Assembly (NCBI GenBank): GCA_965644295.1
Contig: CBFFRP010000242.1
Location: 62,001-126,000, forward strand
Length of the DNA stretch: 64,000 nucleotides
Source of the DNA: Paraphysomonas bandaiensis
Lineage: Eukaryota > Protista > Chrysophyceae
Direction of reading: 5' to 3'
Made by a program: the position numbers and the translations under genes. The stretch's first letter is position 1. Each line of letters starts with the position of its first letter. The notes under the pieces are model-generated. The model saw only the letters and a list, made by a program, of their open reading frames with translations, did no database searches and had not been told where the DNA came from. Shown here piece by piece: positions 1 to 11,854 of this stretch.

Positions 1-574
1 AGAATTGCTCAACAAAATGCAACCAAGAATCCGTACCAGGGCAATTTTGGCGGTTGTGTCCTTTGAATCTGCACACTCCACAGCGGTTCTTCAAGTTGGT
101 AGCCCTTTTGATAGCTTGCAATTGTGACCCGCTAGTACGGCCAGCATATCTGGTGAAATACTCCATGGTGACTGCAATCGATATCAATCTTTCTTTCAAG
201 TATTTTTTGATAGAATCTCCCATAATTGCATTAAGTGCCAATAAAATGACTTTGTTCCACAGCCAGTCGAGGAATTTTTGACCGGCATGGACAACAACTC
301 CTCCGATCCCTATCAGATAAAGTAAGACATAATTACCGAAGTCATTTAATTTCCAACCTGAAGCTGAATATGCTGCGGCTAGACTTCCAGTCCTGATGAG
401 ATTTTTTAATGTTTTGTAGATATTATTGACGTTACTTATAGCCTTCATCATACTGTTGTATGTATTCATAATTAGCTTGTAGTTAGTGGACACCTGACAT
501 GTCGACACAGTATACGCCACCCTTGAAATTGTTTCATGTTTCTCTTCATCATGTTTATTGTCATATCTTGACAT
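1..574 (-). CDS. Intronless ORF (3'-partial, 191 codons in window) with CX2CX4HX4C zinc knuckle; probably TE- or virus-derived
   Basis: Reverse-strand frame is open from ATG at 574 (MSRYDNKHDEEK...) off the window edge and contains RCGVCRFKGHNRQNCP. It is absent from the ORF track because it has no stop in the window. Confidence 0.5.
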   Translation of the reverse strand, partial: MSRYDNKHDEEKHETISRVAYTVSTCQVSTNYKLIMNTYNSMMKAISNVNNIYKTLKNLIRTGSLAAAYSASGWKLNDFGNYVLLYLIGIGGVVVHAGQKFLDWLWNKVILLALNAIMGDSIKKYLKERLISIAVTMEYFTRYAGRTSGSQLQAIKRATNLKNRCGVCRFKGHNRQNCPGTDSWLHFVEQF

Positions 575-719
575 TTTTGTTTGATAAAATATGGGCTTTA
601 ATGTGCAGTGGATGTGAGGATCAGTGTATGATATCTATCATATGTAGTATCTCTATCATGTCATCTGGAAAAAAGGACAATCTTGTCTCCATGATAGGAA
701 TTCCTACAGCGGTATCGGC

Positions 720-863
720 ATCCTTTGTGTATTTTTGTTCAGAGATGCCTCAAATATTGAGACAACAATTATCTGTATTCCAGACGTAGTTCTACTTCAG
801 TAATGTATACGATATTTTGCTTCAATTTATTCACGAAAATATATGATGCTGACTGCCGATACG
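720..863 (-). repeat. Dispersed repeat upstream of the zinc-knuckle ORF; second copy at 39384-39524
   Basis: Minus strand ctggaatacagataattgttgtctcaatatttgaggcatctctgaacaaaaatacacaaaggat aligns with plus 39462-39524 ctggaatacagataattgttgtctcaatatatgaggcatttttgaacaaaaatatacaaaggat. Confidence 0.8.
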
Positions 864-1199
864 AGTATCCAGAACTTAGACTGTACAGGACATTTCCACT
901 CAAGATAGACCATGTGTTCCTATAAAAAGCAGAGATTTTAATGTCAGTGGAATGTGTAAAATCAAAATATATAGTATTTCCATCCTTAAAATACAACTTT
1001 TCTTATAAAAAGAAGGGATTTTAATCTTCACTGGAGTGCATATATGATTAAGTCATACCCACATCCTTGTTAACACCAAGCCGTGCGCAATCATTCTGGA
1101 GGCATGTCTCAGGAGTGTGGTACTGGTACTGGTACTGATTAAACTAAGCAATGCATAGATCTATATTAAAATCCCGGCGTATTCTTTATGTGTGGCGCC

Positions 1200-1670
1200 G
1201 AGCAAGCCTCAGCTAGATTTACACTATACTTGAGTGGACCATACATGATTACAAAGAAACTACACGCTTCGACAATGCAATGCTAGCCTGCACTCTGTCA
1301 TGCGTTGACAAGAGAAGTTTCACGTAATCTGTGTCGGGGGACGTGAAGGCAAACACGGCCTGCTTAGAATCTGCGCGAAGTTCATACATAACTCATACAG
1401 CAATGAGAAAACCTCGTAATCTTTGTAAAGGTGAACATGGGTGGGATATTAGGGTGGTAGTCAAGGAATCTTTGCGCAATCTATATGGTATATGGTCAGT
1501 CAAGGTAGTGAACGGGTGGGTAGATGACTGCGTAGAAATCTTGGCGTTATATGTGGCATGCCCACGAGCCTACACGATGGCCACAGCGTGGGAATGGGGC
1601 ACTGTCTACATAGGAAATTTTAGATGAAAGGCTATTGAAGCGATGCAAACCGAAAAAAGGGCAGAAGGCA
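1200..1670 (-). mobile_element. Possible decayed transposon coding fragment
   Basis: Intronless stretch, more GC-rich than its flanks. Minus frame is protein-like but broken by stops (PFPRCGHRVGSWACHI*). Family not assignable. Confidence 0.25.
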
Positions 1671-2024
1671 CTCTTATCCCAGTGCATTTCTCAAGCTGAC
1701 AAATTTGTAGTAGATAGCCAACAAGTTACCAACTGACTGAATGAATAGTATGAATATTGTGTAATAATAAGCCTCGGTTACTTGACTTGATTTTTCTGAA
1801 CAAGTGATGACATGACAAAAATCGACATATACTACTATATGATATTTAGGTTTATTTCGACTCGACAACATATTGTATTTTGTCTGTACGTGCTATTACT
1901 TCTCGGCGAGTTACAACTCTGTTTTTCGTGTACACAATATTCGTAAATTACAATAACATTAACAAGGTTAACAGGTAGGTTTTTATATATATCAAGAAAT
2001 ATACGTTCTCATTTTATATAAAAA

Positions 2025-2495
2025 GTACTCGCACCTTTTCTTGGTGTTCTGGGGGATAAGTACCGGAGAGATTTTCTCTGGGAAACTAACGTGAGCCGCA
2101 AGCATAGTCAGCAGATAATGTTCTGCCCACTCATAGCCGAATGCTTGTTTGGTACAAGGGACACCAATAAGTGTCACTTGTGTAGACGTCTTTGGGTCCT
2201 GGCGAATAAACAGGCATCCAGAAATGGGCCCACCACAAGGGCATCCGGGACAGGGCCCACCTGAAGGGTAACCGGCATATTGGGCTTCCTGCTGAAGTCA
2301 AGCATCGGGAATGTTCAGAGCGGAAGTGGTCGCACCTTGGTGCTTGCGGCGACGCATAAGCAGCTTTCATAGCGTTAAATAGTAGGCAAAGAGAGTTTGT
2401 ACTGATTAGTTACAGGTAGAGGTCTAACTAGGTTGACTAGCATTCATCTAGCTACTAAGTTGGTTCACGTTTTTAACGCCTATTGCTAAATAAAA
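2025..2495 (+). repeat. Structured dispersed element, copy 1 (internal deletion of about 85 bp)
   Basis: Collinear with 52984-53427 and with the reverse complement of 52304-52700; ends cctattgctaaataaa. Confidence 0.9.
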
Positions 2496-3522
2496 TACTT
2501 TCAATATATATTGTATGTCATCTGCCTTTATATATATTAGTTTAGGACTGAATCAGCATTCACCACGGAAATTGATTTAGTTGCATATTGATTAGCTAAA
2601 GGAATATCATATTCTTGTGTTGAGTGAAAGCATGTATTTGTGTATGCATATATGCCTTAGCCGTAGAGCTGTGACGGAACTGACGATTCTCAGGATGAAA
2701 TACTAATACTGGTTAAACACAGAGTAGCGTTATAGCACATTGTGGAGAATGTCATTTCGCAGAATACAAACTGTCGTAAACAGTTTATATTCTGATCAAT
2801 TGCTCCGTAAAACGAGAAACAGATCATGATCAGCCACATAATATCCGCAGAGTAGAACAGTAGGAACATAATCTAATATTCAATATATCCACCCAACTCG
2901 TAAGCTATGACCCTACCATGGTAATATATAGCCCATGTATAATTCGTATGTCTTGAGTTCAAAAGTTAAATCAAGAATAGCCATCACGCATATCCCTGCT
3001 CTTTGAAATTCTTAACAACGACTATCAATACCTCAAAAACCAAGATTATATAACGACGAACCTCTAGCACCTCAGTATAATTCAGGTCACCTAATTGTGC
3101 TTAACCGAATTCGAATTCATTGCTCTCTGGATGGTTAATAGAACACTTTGTATAGGGCGATTAGATATTCTGCCCGCTTCACCTATACAATGCTTACCTT
3201 GTACCATGTCTAATATTATAGGTTGATAACTTGTTGTCTTTGCACAGAAATATCTAGATATCATTCACATATCGAGTAGATATCATGCATATCTATCTAT
3301 GAACCGTTACGGCTCAAGTTAATACAACTTCAACAACAGTTTTCAGTTTTTTTGTATCTATGACTCTTCAAGCTATGTGTTCTGTTCCACCATTCGTTGG
3401 TATCAAAAATGAATGACGGGAATTGAGTTGATATATATACGATACGATATATATGTATATGGAGATGTTATTATTATCATTAACAAGGGAACAGTCGTAC
3501 TTTGTGGAGTGTAGTTGAAAGA

Positions 3523-4059
3523 ATGATTGTCTACAGAGATATTATTACTGGGGATGAGATGTTGAGTGATGCTTATCCTCTTCTTCCTGTTGTGGATGCT
3601 GATGGACAGGTTGTTGAAGGACTCATGATGTGTGAGTCAAAAAACATTGTCAAAGGAGGCGATGATGTTGATATTGGATGTGGTAACTCATTTGGTGGTG
3701 GAGGTGATGATGCTGGTGTTGATCCTTCTGTTGAGACTGTCAACAATGTGATTGACAGCTTCCAATATACTGAGACCCAAGTGGGTGGTGCCGCTGACTT
3801 CAAGGCTTGGATTAAGGAGTACATGAACCTTATTCGCAAGAAGATGAGGGAGTCTGGTAAGGAGAAGGAAGAGATCCAGGCTTTCATGGGTACTGCCACC
3901 GGTGTTGCTAAGTTTTTGCTGAAGAATTTCAATGATCTTCAGTTTTACCTTGGCCCCGCTTTCAACCCTGAATCCATGGTGTTCTCCATGTATCCTGAAG
4001 GAGCCGTGACCCCTAACTTCTACTTCATTATGGGTGGGTTCGTGCAGGAGAAGTTTTAA
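3523..4059 (+). CDS. TCTP: Translationally controlled tumor protein (TCTP)
   Basis: MIVYRDIITGDEMLSDAYP N-terminus, DVDIGCGN loop, ETVNNVIDSFQY, FKAWIKEYM, FYLG and TPNFYFIMGGFVQEKF C-terminus; single exon. Confidence 0.95.
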   Translation: MIVYRDIITGDEMLSDAYPLLPVVDADGQVVEGLMMCESKNIVKGGDDVDIGCGNSFGGGGDDAGVDPSVETVNNVIDSFQYTETQVGGAADFKAWIKEYMNLIRKKMRESGKEKEEIQAFMGTATGVAKFLLKNFNDLQFYLGPAFNPESMVFSMYPEGAVTPNFYFIMGGFVQEKF

Positions 4060-4680
4060 ATAGTATTTTCATGTGGTTACTCTTTTAGCATAGCACTACC
4101 TCAGCTTTTTTACCACAATTAAGCAAACGACTGTTTCTATGACTACTTGTTGGCGTTTTGCAATTGATAAAGATACGCAGTTTAGTGATACTACTTCACT
4201 CATCATTCATAAAGTAGAACTGTGTTGATATAAGTGCTACTTGTCTGTAGAAGAAAGCTTGCAACACGTAATCGTTAGTTCTTGTCGATAGTATAGTAGT
4301 AAAGCGTCGTCGTCAACTAATTTGACGGAGTTTATAGGCTGTATATACAGGTTTACAATGAAATAGGCATGAATCCTAAGAGGAAAAGAAATAGGAAAGA
4401 TTGTAAGACTCCAATGACTGGATACTGGAACTAGCGCAGTAGCCATTTGCAGATTAAAAAATTCAATTGTCAACAATACTGAGTTACACAAGAGAGTTGA
4501 ATCGGTGTGATGATTTAGAATACGGAAAAGATAAATGGTAATTGAAATTGTAAAGTAAAAACCTTTGTACTTGAAATCTCATTAATTTTCGATTAAATTA
4601 CCGTATTGCGGTCAATACGTAAAGCCCATAATAATACTTCAAACCAATATCCATTGGCCCCAGTTCCACATAAATTGTTA

Positions 4681-6841
4681 CTAATTCTTCGCCTGGTTCT
4701 TTTCTCGATCCATGGCGATTTGAACACGTCTCAGTAGCTTTCCACTTGCTGACCGAGGAACATCTTGGACAAATACCACTCCACCGCGCAGCCGTTTATG
4801 AGGCGCGACTTTTTCGTGCACGAAGTCCAATATGTTATCTTCTGTAACACCTTCGGCTGTCGGCTGTAGAGCGACATATGCTCGAGGAATTTCTCCAGCC
4901 TCATCATCCAACACTGGAATCACAACACAGTCACGAACTACTGGCATCGTGTTAAGTATAGCTTCCAACTCCGCGGGGGCAACCTGTAAATGATATAATC
5001 AAATATATAACTTACACAGTAATCAAAAACCTGAAATCCTTTGTATTTAATCAACTCCTTGCACCTGCAAACATTCAACAATTTATAAGATACGTTAAGA
5101 CGAAGAAAGGTTTTACCTATCAGTAATGTACAACCATCCATCACTATCAAATTTCGCGATGTCGCCTGTATGCATGAATCCATCATCTCGTATAGTTGCC
5201 TTTGTCGCCTCCTCATTATTCAAATATCCTTGCATAACCTAAATATGTGACAAATATATGTGCCATTATTACGAGTAAAAATAACGCTTCACTTGCGAAA
5301 GCGACCTGCGGTCCCCTTAGGAGTAGTTCTCCCTCCTCAGTAGGTGGTAATTCTTCACCAGTCATTGGGTCAATAATCAGACCTTCAGTGGCTGGAACCA
5401 GACGGCCAGATTTCCCCTGAAATTGGACCATTATAGCTTCAATGTAAGGATAGTACACTTCCAACCTTGCATGCACTCGGAGAAGTGACTTCATCATCTG
5501 CTGTGCAGGATCCAGCTGGCGACAGTTCTGTCATTCCCCTAAACTATACCATGACTTGTGTATTCTCTGCTATCAGTAAAATCCTACCATGCTTGCTTCA
5601 CAACACAATTCAGGCGAGTAGCGCACGCCTCCTGTACGTCACCACCCAAGGGAGCAGCACCGCTGAGGATGGCCTTCAGTGATGACAGGTCGTATTTATC
5701 AACAAGAGGATGTTTAGCTAGTGCGAGGATGATCGGAGGAACCACGTAGGCCCGTGTAACCTTATGGTCTTGGACAAGCTGGAGAAACTTCTCTAGATCA
5801 AATGCAGGAAGAAACACTGTCTTCACGTTGAGATGTGTCGACACCAATAAACCAACAACCTGTGCATATTAGAGGAGAATGAGATCTCGTAGCACTAAAC
5901 AATACAGTTATTACCATGCCGAAAATATGGAAGAAAGGAAGCGGTACCATGAGTACTCCATCTTTTCCAAAGTACCGTCCTTCTTGTGGCATAAGCTGCA
6001 AAATATTCGACACCAGGTTTCGATGACTTAATACTACGCCTTTCGGCACTCCAGTCGTTCCACTGCTAAAGGGAACCGTCGCAGTTGAATCAGGGTTAAC
6101 CTCCACGTTTACAGCTTCAGTCTTCTCCTGTGCCGCAATTAATTCATCTACGCTCTTCGCTTCATTATCGCCTGACAAATAATTGATATGATTAAATATG
6201 TTGCCATAAAAATTCACAGCAAGGTACCGTTTCCAAGAGTCAGAACAGGAATATTCAGCTTCTTTGCTACACTTTTGACTTTGTCGATGCACATCGGGTG
6301 GGCAATGACCATTTTGGCTGAAGTTGTTTTCAGTTGAAACTCAATCTCTGCCTCAGTATAAAGAGGGTTCTACAATATGCACATAAGTTTGACTCTTAAG
6401 CAAGTATGGAACGTACTATTGGTGTAGATGTTGCCCCCATAAGTGCAATTCCTAAACCGTGTGTTGAGTGCAACAAACTCAAAGTGATTATCACCAACCT
6501 TGAAACGTAGTAAAATAATGGATATGGTTCGGGCTCATTATTCCAACACAATCATTAGTTTTTACGCCCATATCCATAAGACAGTGAGCAAATTTATGAG
6601 TCTCTGAATATAACTGTCGATATGTTCGACTGTCTCCTGAAGATCCATCAACGAGTGCAACTCTGTCTTGAATATCTTTCTCAAGAAAATTTTGCATTAC
6701 AAAATGGGGAAGTGGTTTGTTGACAATATTAGTATTCAAATCTGGTGCATCATATGGAGATTTGACAATGTTTGAGCTCATAGCCCTCATGCACAGAGAC
6801 ATGCGGCTCACAGTATTAACTTTCCTTAGGCAAGATAACAT
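4681..6841 (-). CDS. 4-coumarate-CoA ligase/luciferase-like acyl-CoA synthetase (ANL superfamily), about 10 exons
   Basis: Spliced model gives FSSGTTGVPKGV, LPFFHIFG, SGAAPLG, QAWGMTE, GELLLRGPQVMQGY, HTGD, DRCKELIKYKGFQVAPAELE and PRSASGKLLRR. All introns GT-AG. Confidence 0.93.
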
Positions 6842-7449
6842 GTTAATATATATTTCGTTAGAATAGAAATTATTCTATATATTGTTATATAGCAAGATAG
6901 TCAGTGTATCGTACGATTAGTGTGTTGCACAGCTGATATCAATGCATGCATCTAGCTAGATATGCCCCATCCCACTATCTCATACAGGAGTATCTGTGCA
7001 TACAACAGCATTGCATGTGGATATATATACGGGTAGTAGATCCGGATGGCTAACCGTATGTATTTACACAGTACTACTGTAGCGTATACGGTCCGTTTAA
7101 TAGGCAGGGTTGCTGTTGTATAACGGCTGTACTCTTGCTCTGTGTGTGCATATACTAGTATTGACAAGTAGTACACAAGTACAGAGGGGCCAAGTACATA
7201 TATCTCCATATACCACTCTATAGGTACAGAGTACTTGTCGATACATTAGTACAGTACATGGACAGTGCAGATGATGATAGTACTATTAAGTCGTTATATA
7301 TAACCATACTCATAGTACATCTCTAAGCAACTCATAGGGATATTATATCCATAATATTTACTATGTAATCATCATATAAATTCATGTACTATAAATATAT
7401 CCATTAAAACGAACTTCATTTATAAGTAACCCTTGAAGATATTATTATA

Positions 7450-10400
7450 ATGTCAGAACAATTTATAGGAAGTGAAATTGATTCACAAATACGGTATGTA
7501 TTAGCTAAACAAGGTAGTCAAAGATCATATGATGATTTACTTATATTAAAATCACGTATAAGTCAAATGGATTTTATGAAATCAGTATTTTCATCATTAC
7601 ATCCACGTCAAGTTGATGAATTATGTCGTAGTATGAATTTAGAAATATATGAAGAAAATCAATTTGTATTTCATCAAGGTGATGTAGGGGATAAATTCTA
7701 TGTGGTATTATCAGGTTCATGTGATATATTATTAAAACAAAGAACAGGAAATTTTATTACTGATAGTGAAGGAAATAAAGTGGAAGAATATACACATAAA
7801 GTGATATTTACATGTAAAGCTGGAGGACAATTTGGTGAAAGAGCATTAGATTATGATGAACCAAGAGCTGCAAGTATTATGACCACTTGTTGTACTGAAC
7901 TCATTACAATCACACAAGCCGCATACCGAAAGATGTTGAAAGCCCCAATATATGAAACCCCACTTGATCAACCGGGTAATAAAGGTCATACTTTACGAGT
8001 ACTATCACTCACTAGAGATAAGCGTAAAGCCAATGAGTTACATGCTGTTTCTGAGTACTTATCATCTCATGTACCTTTTTTCAAAAAGTTTTCAAAGGAT
8101 CAACGACTTGAAATTTGTCGAATGTGCGAGTTAGTGAAAGTATGGGGCAAAACAGTCCTTTTCAAGCAGGGCAGTGTTGGTCAGGCATTTTACATTATTC
8201 TTACCGGATCTGTTGATGTCATAGTAACTTCCAGTGATGTGGATGGCGAGTCCATTGATATACATGTTAATACACTGCATGAAGGAGCCTCTTTTGGTGA
8301 GCGAGCACTAGAAGCAGAAGATTCACTTCGCACTGCATCCATTGTAACTTCTGAAGCACTGACCGAGCTTATCATTATCAGTAGAGAAGAGTACAAGCGC
8401 ATAGTTGCGGTGATGCGACAGGGGGATATGATGGAGCGTGTTCAGTTGCTCCGAAAAACACAAATATTTGGAGGACTAGAACTACCGTACCTCCATGACA
8501 TTGCAAAGATAATGGATTCAAAAGTGTTTCGTCTTGATAGTACTCTTTTTAGTTTGGATGAACCCGCAAAGGATGTGTTCATAATTCACAAAGGGGAATG
8601 TCACTTGGACTGTCTGATGCAAATGGAAAATGGAAATAGTGAGATTGTTGACTTGGGAAGAGTTGGTCCTGGTGCTGTCCTTGGTGAATACTGCCTAATG
8701 GCGGAGTCGTACTACGATGAGGTACAGGGCCCAATGAGATGTGTAGTCTACGTTGTTGATTGTTTTTGGTCGTAGGTGCTATTTAAAGAGACTGCTGTGG
8801 CAACGACTTATTGTTGTGCTTTCGTACTGTCGAAAATAGATTTCTTTAACACGGTTTCTCCTGAAACGAGAACCGTTGTAATTGATGCTATTCGCCAATA
8901 CGTTCCGCCGTCCACTTTTCTTTGGGATATGAGCCCTCACAGGTCCTGTTCGCCTAAGATATTAAGGTTCCTTCTAAAATGTTATATGTAGACTGAGTGA
9001 GAGAGATTGGCGTATATCGCAAACGTGGAAAAACTTTCAATCTGAAGTAGCCTTTCGTAAAAAGCCGAAAGGAATTCTAGAGCATTTACAGTATGTCTTT
9101 GAACCTATATATAGTCTTTTTATAATCGTATTGCAGGAATACGAATAAGAAATCGAGACGTATGGGCGAGTCGTGCTCAGAAGTACTTGCACTCGGAAAT
9201 ATGTCTGCTTCTCATCACTCGCTTTTTTCTCCAAGGCATAGAGGTAGTCGTACGTTAGAATCATCTGTCGATACTCCCCCACAGCAATCTCGCTCCGAGT
9301 TAAGTCCTCGAGTATCTAGTAGTGATAAACAAGGATCTTCACCTTCAAGATCGTCTCGCCCTCTCAAGAGATACTATTCAGTTGTTGGTAAATTGTCTCC
9401 TGGAAGGTCGCAGGATGCGTCCATGATGCTAAATTCTTCACTGGGTGGTAGACAGCATGCAGCCAAAGGAGCCCACCAGAAAGGTGAATTGGGCACGAAC
9501 ACCTCACTCCAGCAGCTTCCTTTCGCTTTGATACAAATACATAGGGACTCAATTAAGCTACACTCCGCTAAGGATGTGAGACGTTCTTTGAAATGTTTTA
9601 TTCGTTTCTGTGGGTCTATGAGCAGTGGGGCAGAAGCAAAAGCTGCAGCAGAGGCACAGATGCTAAACCTTGAAATTAAACTACTGACCTCAAAGAATCC
9701 ATGTAAGAATTGTATTATTTTTGCTACTTTGAGCTTATATATTCCAGCTGCTGTGGCAGAGGACACAACTTCTAGAGGGAATCGTACTGATGTTATCGAG
9801 TGGAGGCGCTTTAATGGATTCGAAAATATGCAACTTCAGCATACGGACCACTTTATAGTGATGTGCAGGTCTGTTCCTGTTGAGAGCGCTAGCTTTTCAC
9901 CAAGCTGTGATCTCATGGATCTTGTATTTCCACCCTCGTGCAAGTTAAAAGCACAAAAGTATTGTTGTGTCACTATTAATGATTTAAAGCGCACTGCTCC
10001 TCTTGCGTCGAACTCAGCTAAAGCTGAAATGGAAGATGCATTGACTCCATTGTACACGAGAGAGATATCTTGTGTGTCTGAAGTGCATGCCGTTACGCAC
10101 ACAAAAATTGAATCGCTTCGATTTGCTGTCCTTGCGCTAAACCCTGCTAACCAAGCACCGAATACGTCATTACTTGTTGTACCGCTATATACTTGGCAAC
10201 TCATATCTGAAGAAATGATAAATGAGTTTTCTTGTTCTGAATACACTGCAAGTGTAGTAAAAGACGCTGAAAATCGACGGCATCGTGGAGCAGACAATGG
10301 TGACGTCGAGCATTCGAAGTCGGCGACGGAAGAGCTTAGAATTGCCTTACAGGGGTTCGGTGTTGGCGCAATGAAGTACAACATTCCAGGGAACCGCGAT

Positions 10401-11111
10401 ATTGATGACAATATGAGTGTTAGCCACGAGGCATCAAGTATGTTAAAGCGTGATATTCACGCGAAAACTGTTATGGATGAAGTCAATAGACGAATTCATA
10501 ACTTTAATGCGTTGAAGCAGTTAAAAGTTGGCCAACAAGAATCCTCCAATATCCCATCGAAAGATGATGCGAAAACAGGTGGCCGCAACAGAAATAAGTA
10601 TGCTAATAACATAGTAGAAGAACCAGAAAAGACAACTGCCGAAATTGAGGCTGAAAGGCGTGCTGCAATAGCTTCTGTGATATCTGCAAGAGCTAATGTA
10701 ATTAGATTAAACGACGAGCTTTGCATGCAAGAAAGAGATATATCACTTTCTATGAAGGAAAAGGGTTTAAAACTTTTTGGTGTGGGGTCAGTTTCAGGTT
10801 CAAAACGTCATTCGAAGAAGTTACCTTTAGAAGGCAATGTGGGGAAACAACGGGTAGATGTTCTGGAGGCCCTTCAGAGTGCTCCAGTGACGAAGAATAT
10901 GAAAATACAATCTGAGGCAGTGACTCTGAAATCTTTAAATGTAGCACCACAAAAAGGTGGATACGGGAGTTCGAACTCTAACAAAGATTCGCCTGCTGAA
11001 CGAAGAGGAAACAGATGTATTGTGCCTTACTTGAAACATCAACTTGACATATTAGATGAAATCATGTTCAATAATTCAGTTTCCCAACCTCCCGGAGAAG
11101 ATGTGGCATAG
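7450..11111 (+). CDS. Cyclic-nucleotide-binding protein (three cNMP domains) with long uncharacterised C-terminal region
   Basis: FHQGDVGDKFYVVLSG...FGERAL...RAASI; FKQGSVGQAFYIILTG...FGERAL...RTASI; degenerate third domain. ORFs 7450, 8776 and 9162 join via GT-AG introns. Confidence 0.85.
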
Positions 11112-11259
11112 AGTATATATTGTGTATCAGATAACATAATCTAACTTCGTATTTATTAATTGGCTAGTGCTTACATTACTCTGTTGTTTATTTCAGAGTA
11201 TATATTGGTTGACATTGGCGCATGACTTGTATAACATTACTAGTAGCGCTACTATAAAG

Positions 11260-11854
11260 CAGGGCTGCGTAACAATTAATTGCAATTTAATTGCAATTAT
11301 TAGTTATAGCTCGTGCCAATTACTGTCTCATTAACTTAGTTACTCATTACAAGCACGTATAGCATCTTCAACCGTACTTGCATTCCACAGAATCTTCCAT
11401 GTCCATACTGCTGCATATCCAGTTCGTAGTGAACTACAATCCTGCAGTGTCCTGTGAGACAGGATCGGAAGAACATGATTGCCACGCTACTTATATATTA
11501 TATATATCTAAAACTAGAAGGGTATTGAGCATTACATATATACTATGGATCGAGCTGAACTAAGTTTTGTAGGTCGTAATCGACCGTTCAAAGAAACAGT
11601 ACCTCTCTTAATGTAAATAAAACGTTATAATGAGATGAGAGGCCAACCTTCCCACCAACGTAATAGCCATTAAGGGCAATAAATGGCGATCGCCCTTAAT
11701 GTTTTCCAACTTCTATTTCTAATATTATGTACTTATACTATATAGTTAATAATTGCCAATTAATTGCAATTGAATTGCAACCTTCCAGCGAGCAATTATA
11801 ATTGCAATTATTACGTATATCCCATGTAATTCAATTAATTTTTACGCAGCCCTG
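11260..11854. mobile_element. Non-autonomous hAT-type DNA transposon (MITE), 595 bp
   Basis: 23-bp TIRs cagggctgcgtaa(c/a)aattaattg with one mismatch; perfect 8-bp TSD ctataaag at 11252-11259 and 11855-11862; subterminal ttgcaatt repeats. Confidence 0.92.

Noticed and set aside
2131-2370. ORFs inside the structured element (also 1992, 52401, 52987)
   Set aside because: Frames and stops differ among copies, so there is no conserved coding frame.
2760-2794. Isolated hairpin cagaatacaaactgt-cgtaa-acagtttatattctg
   Set aside because: Single AT-rich inverted repeat without TSD, copies or context.
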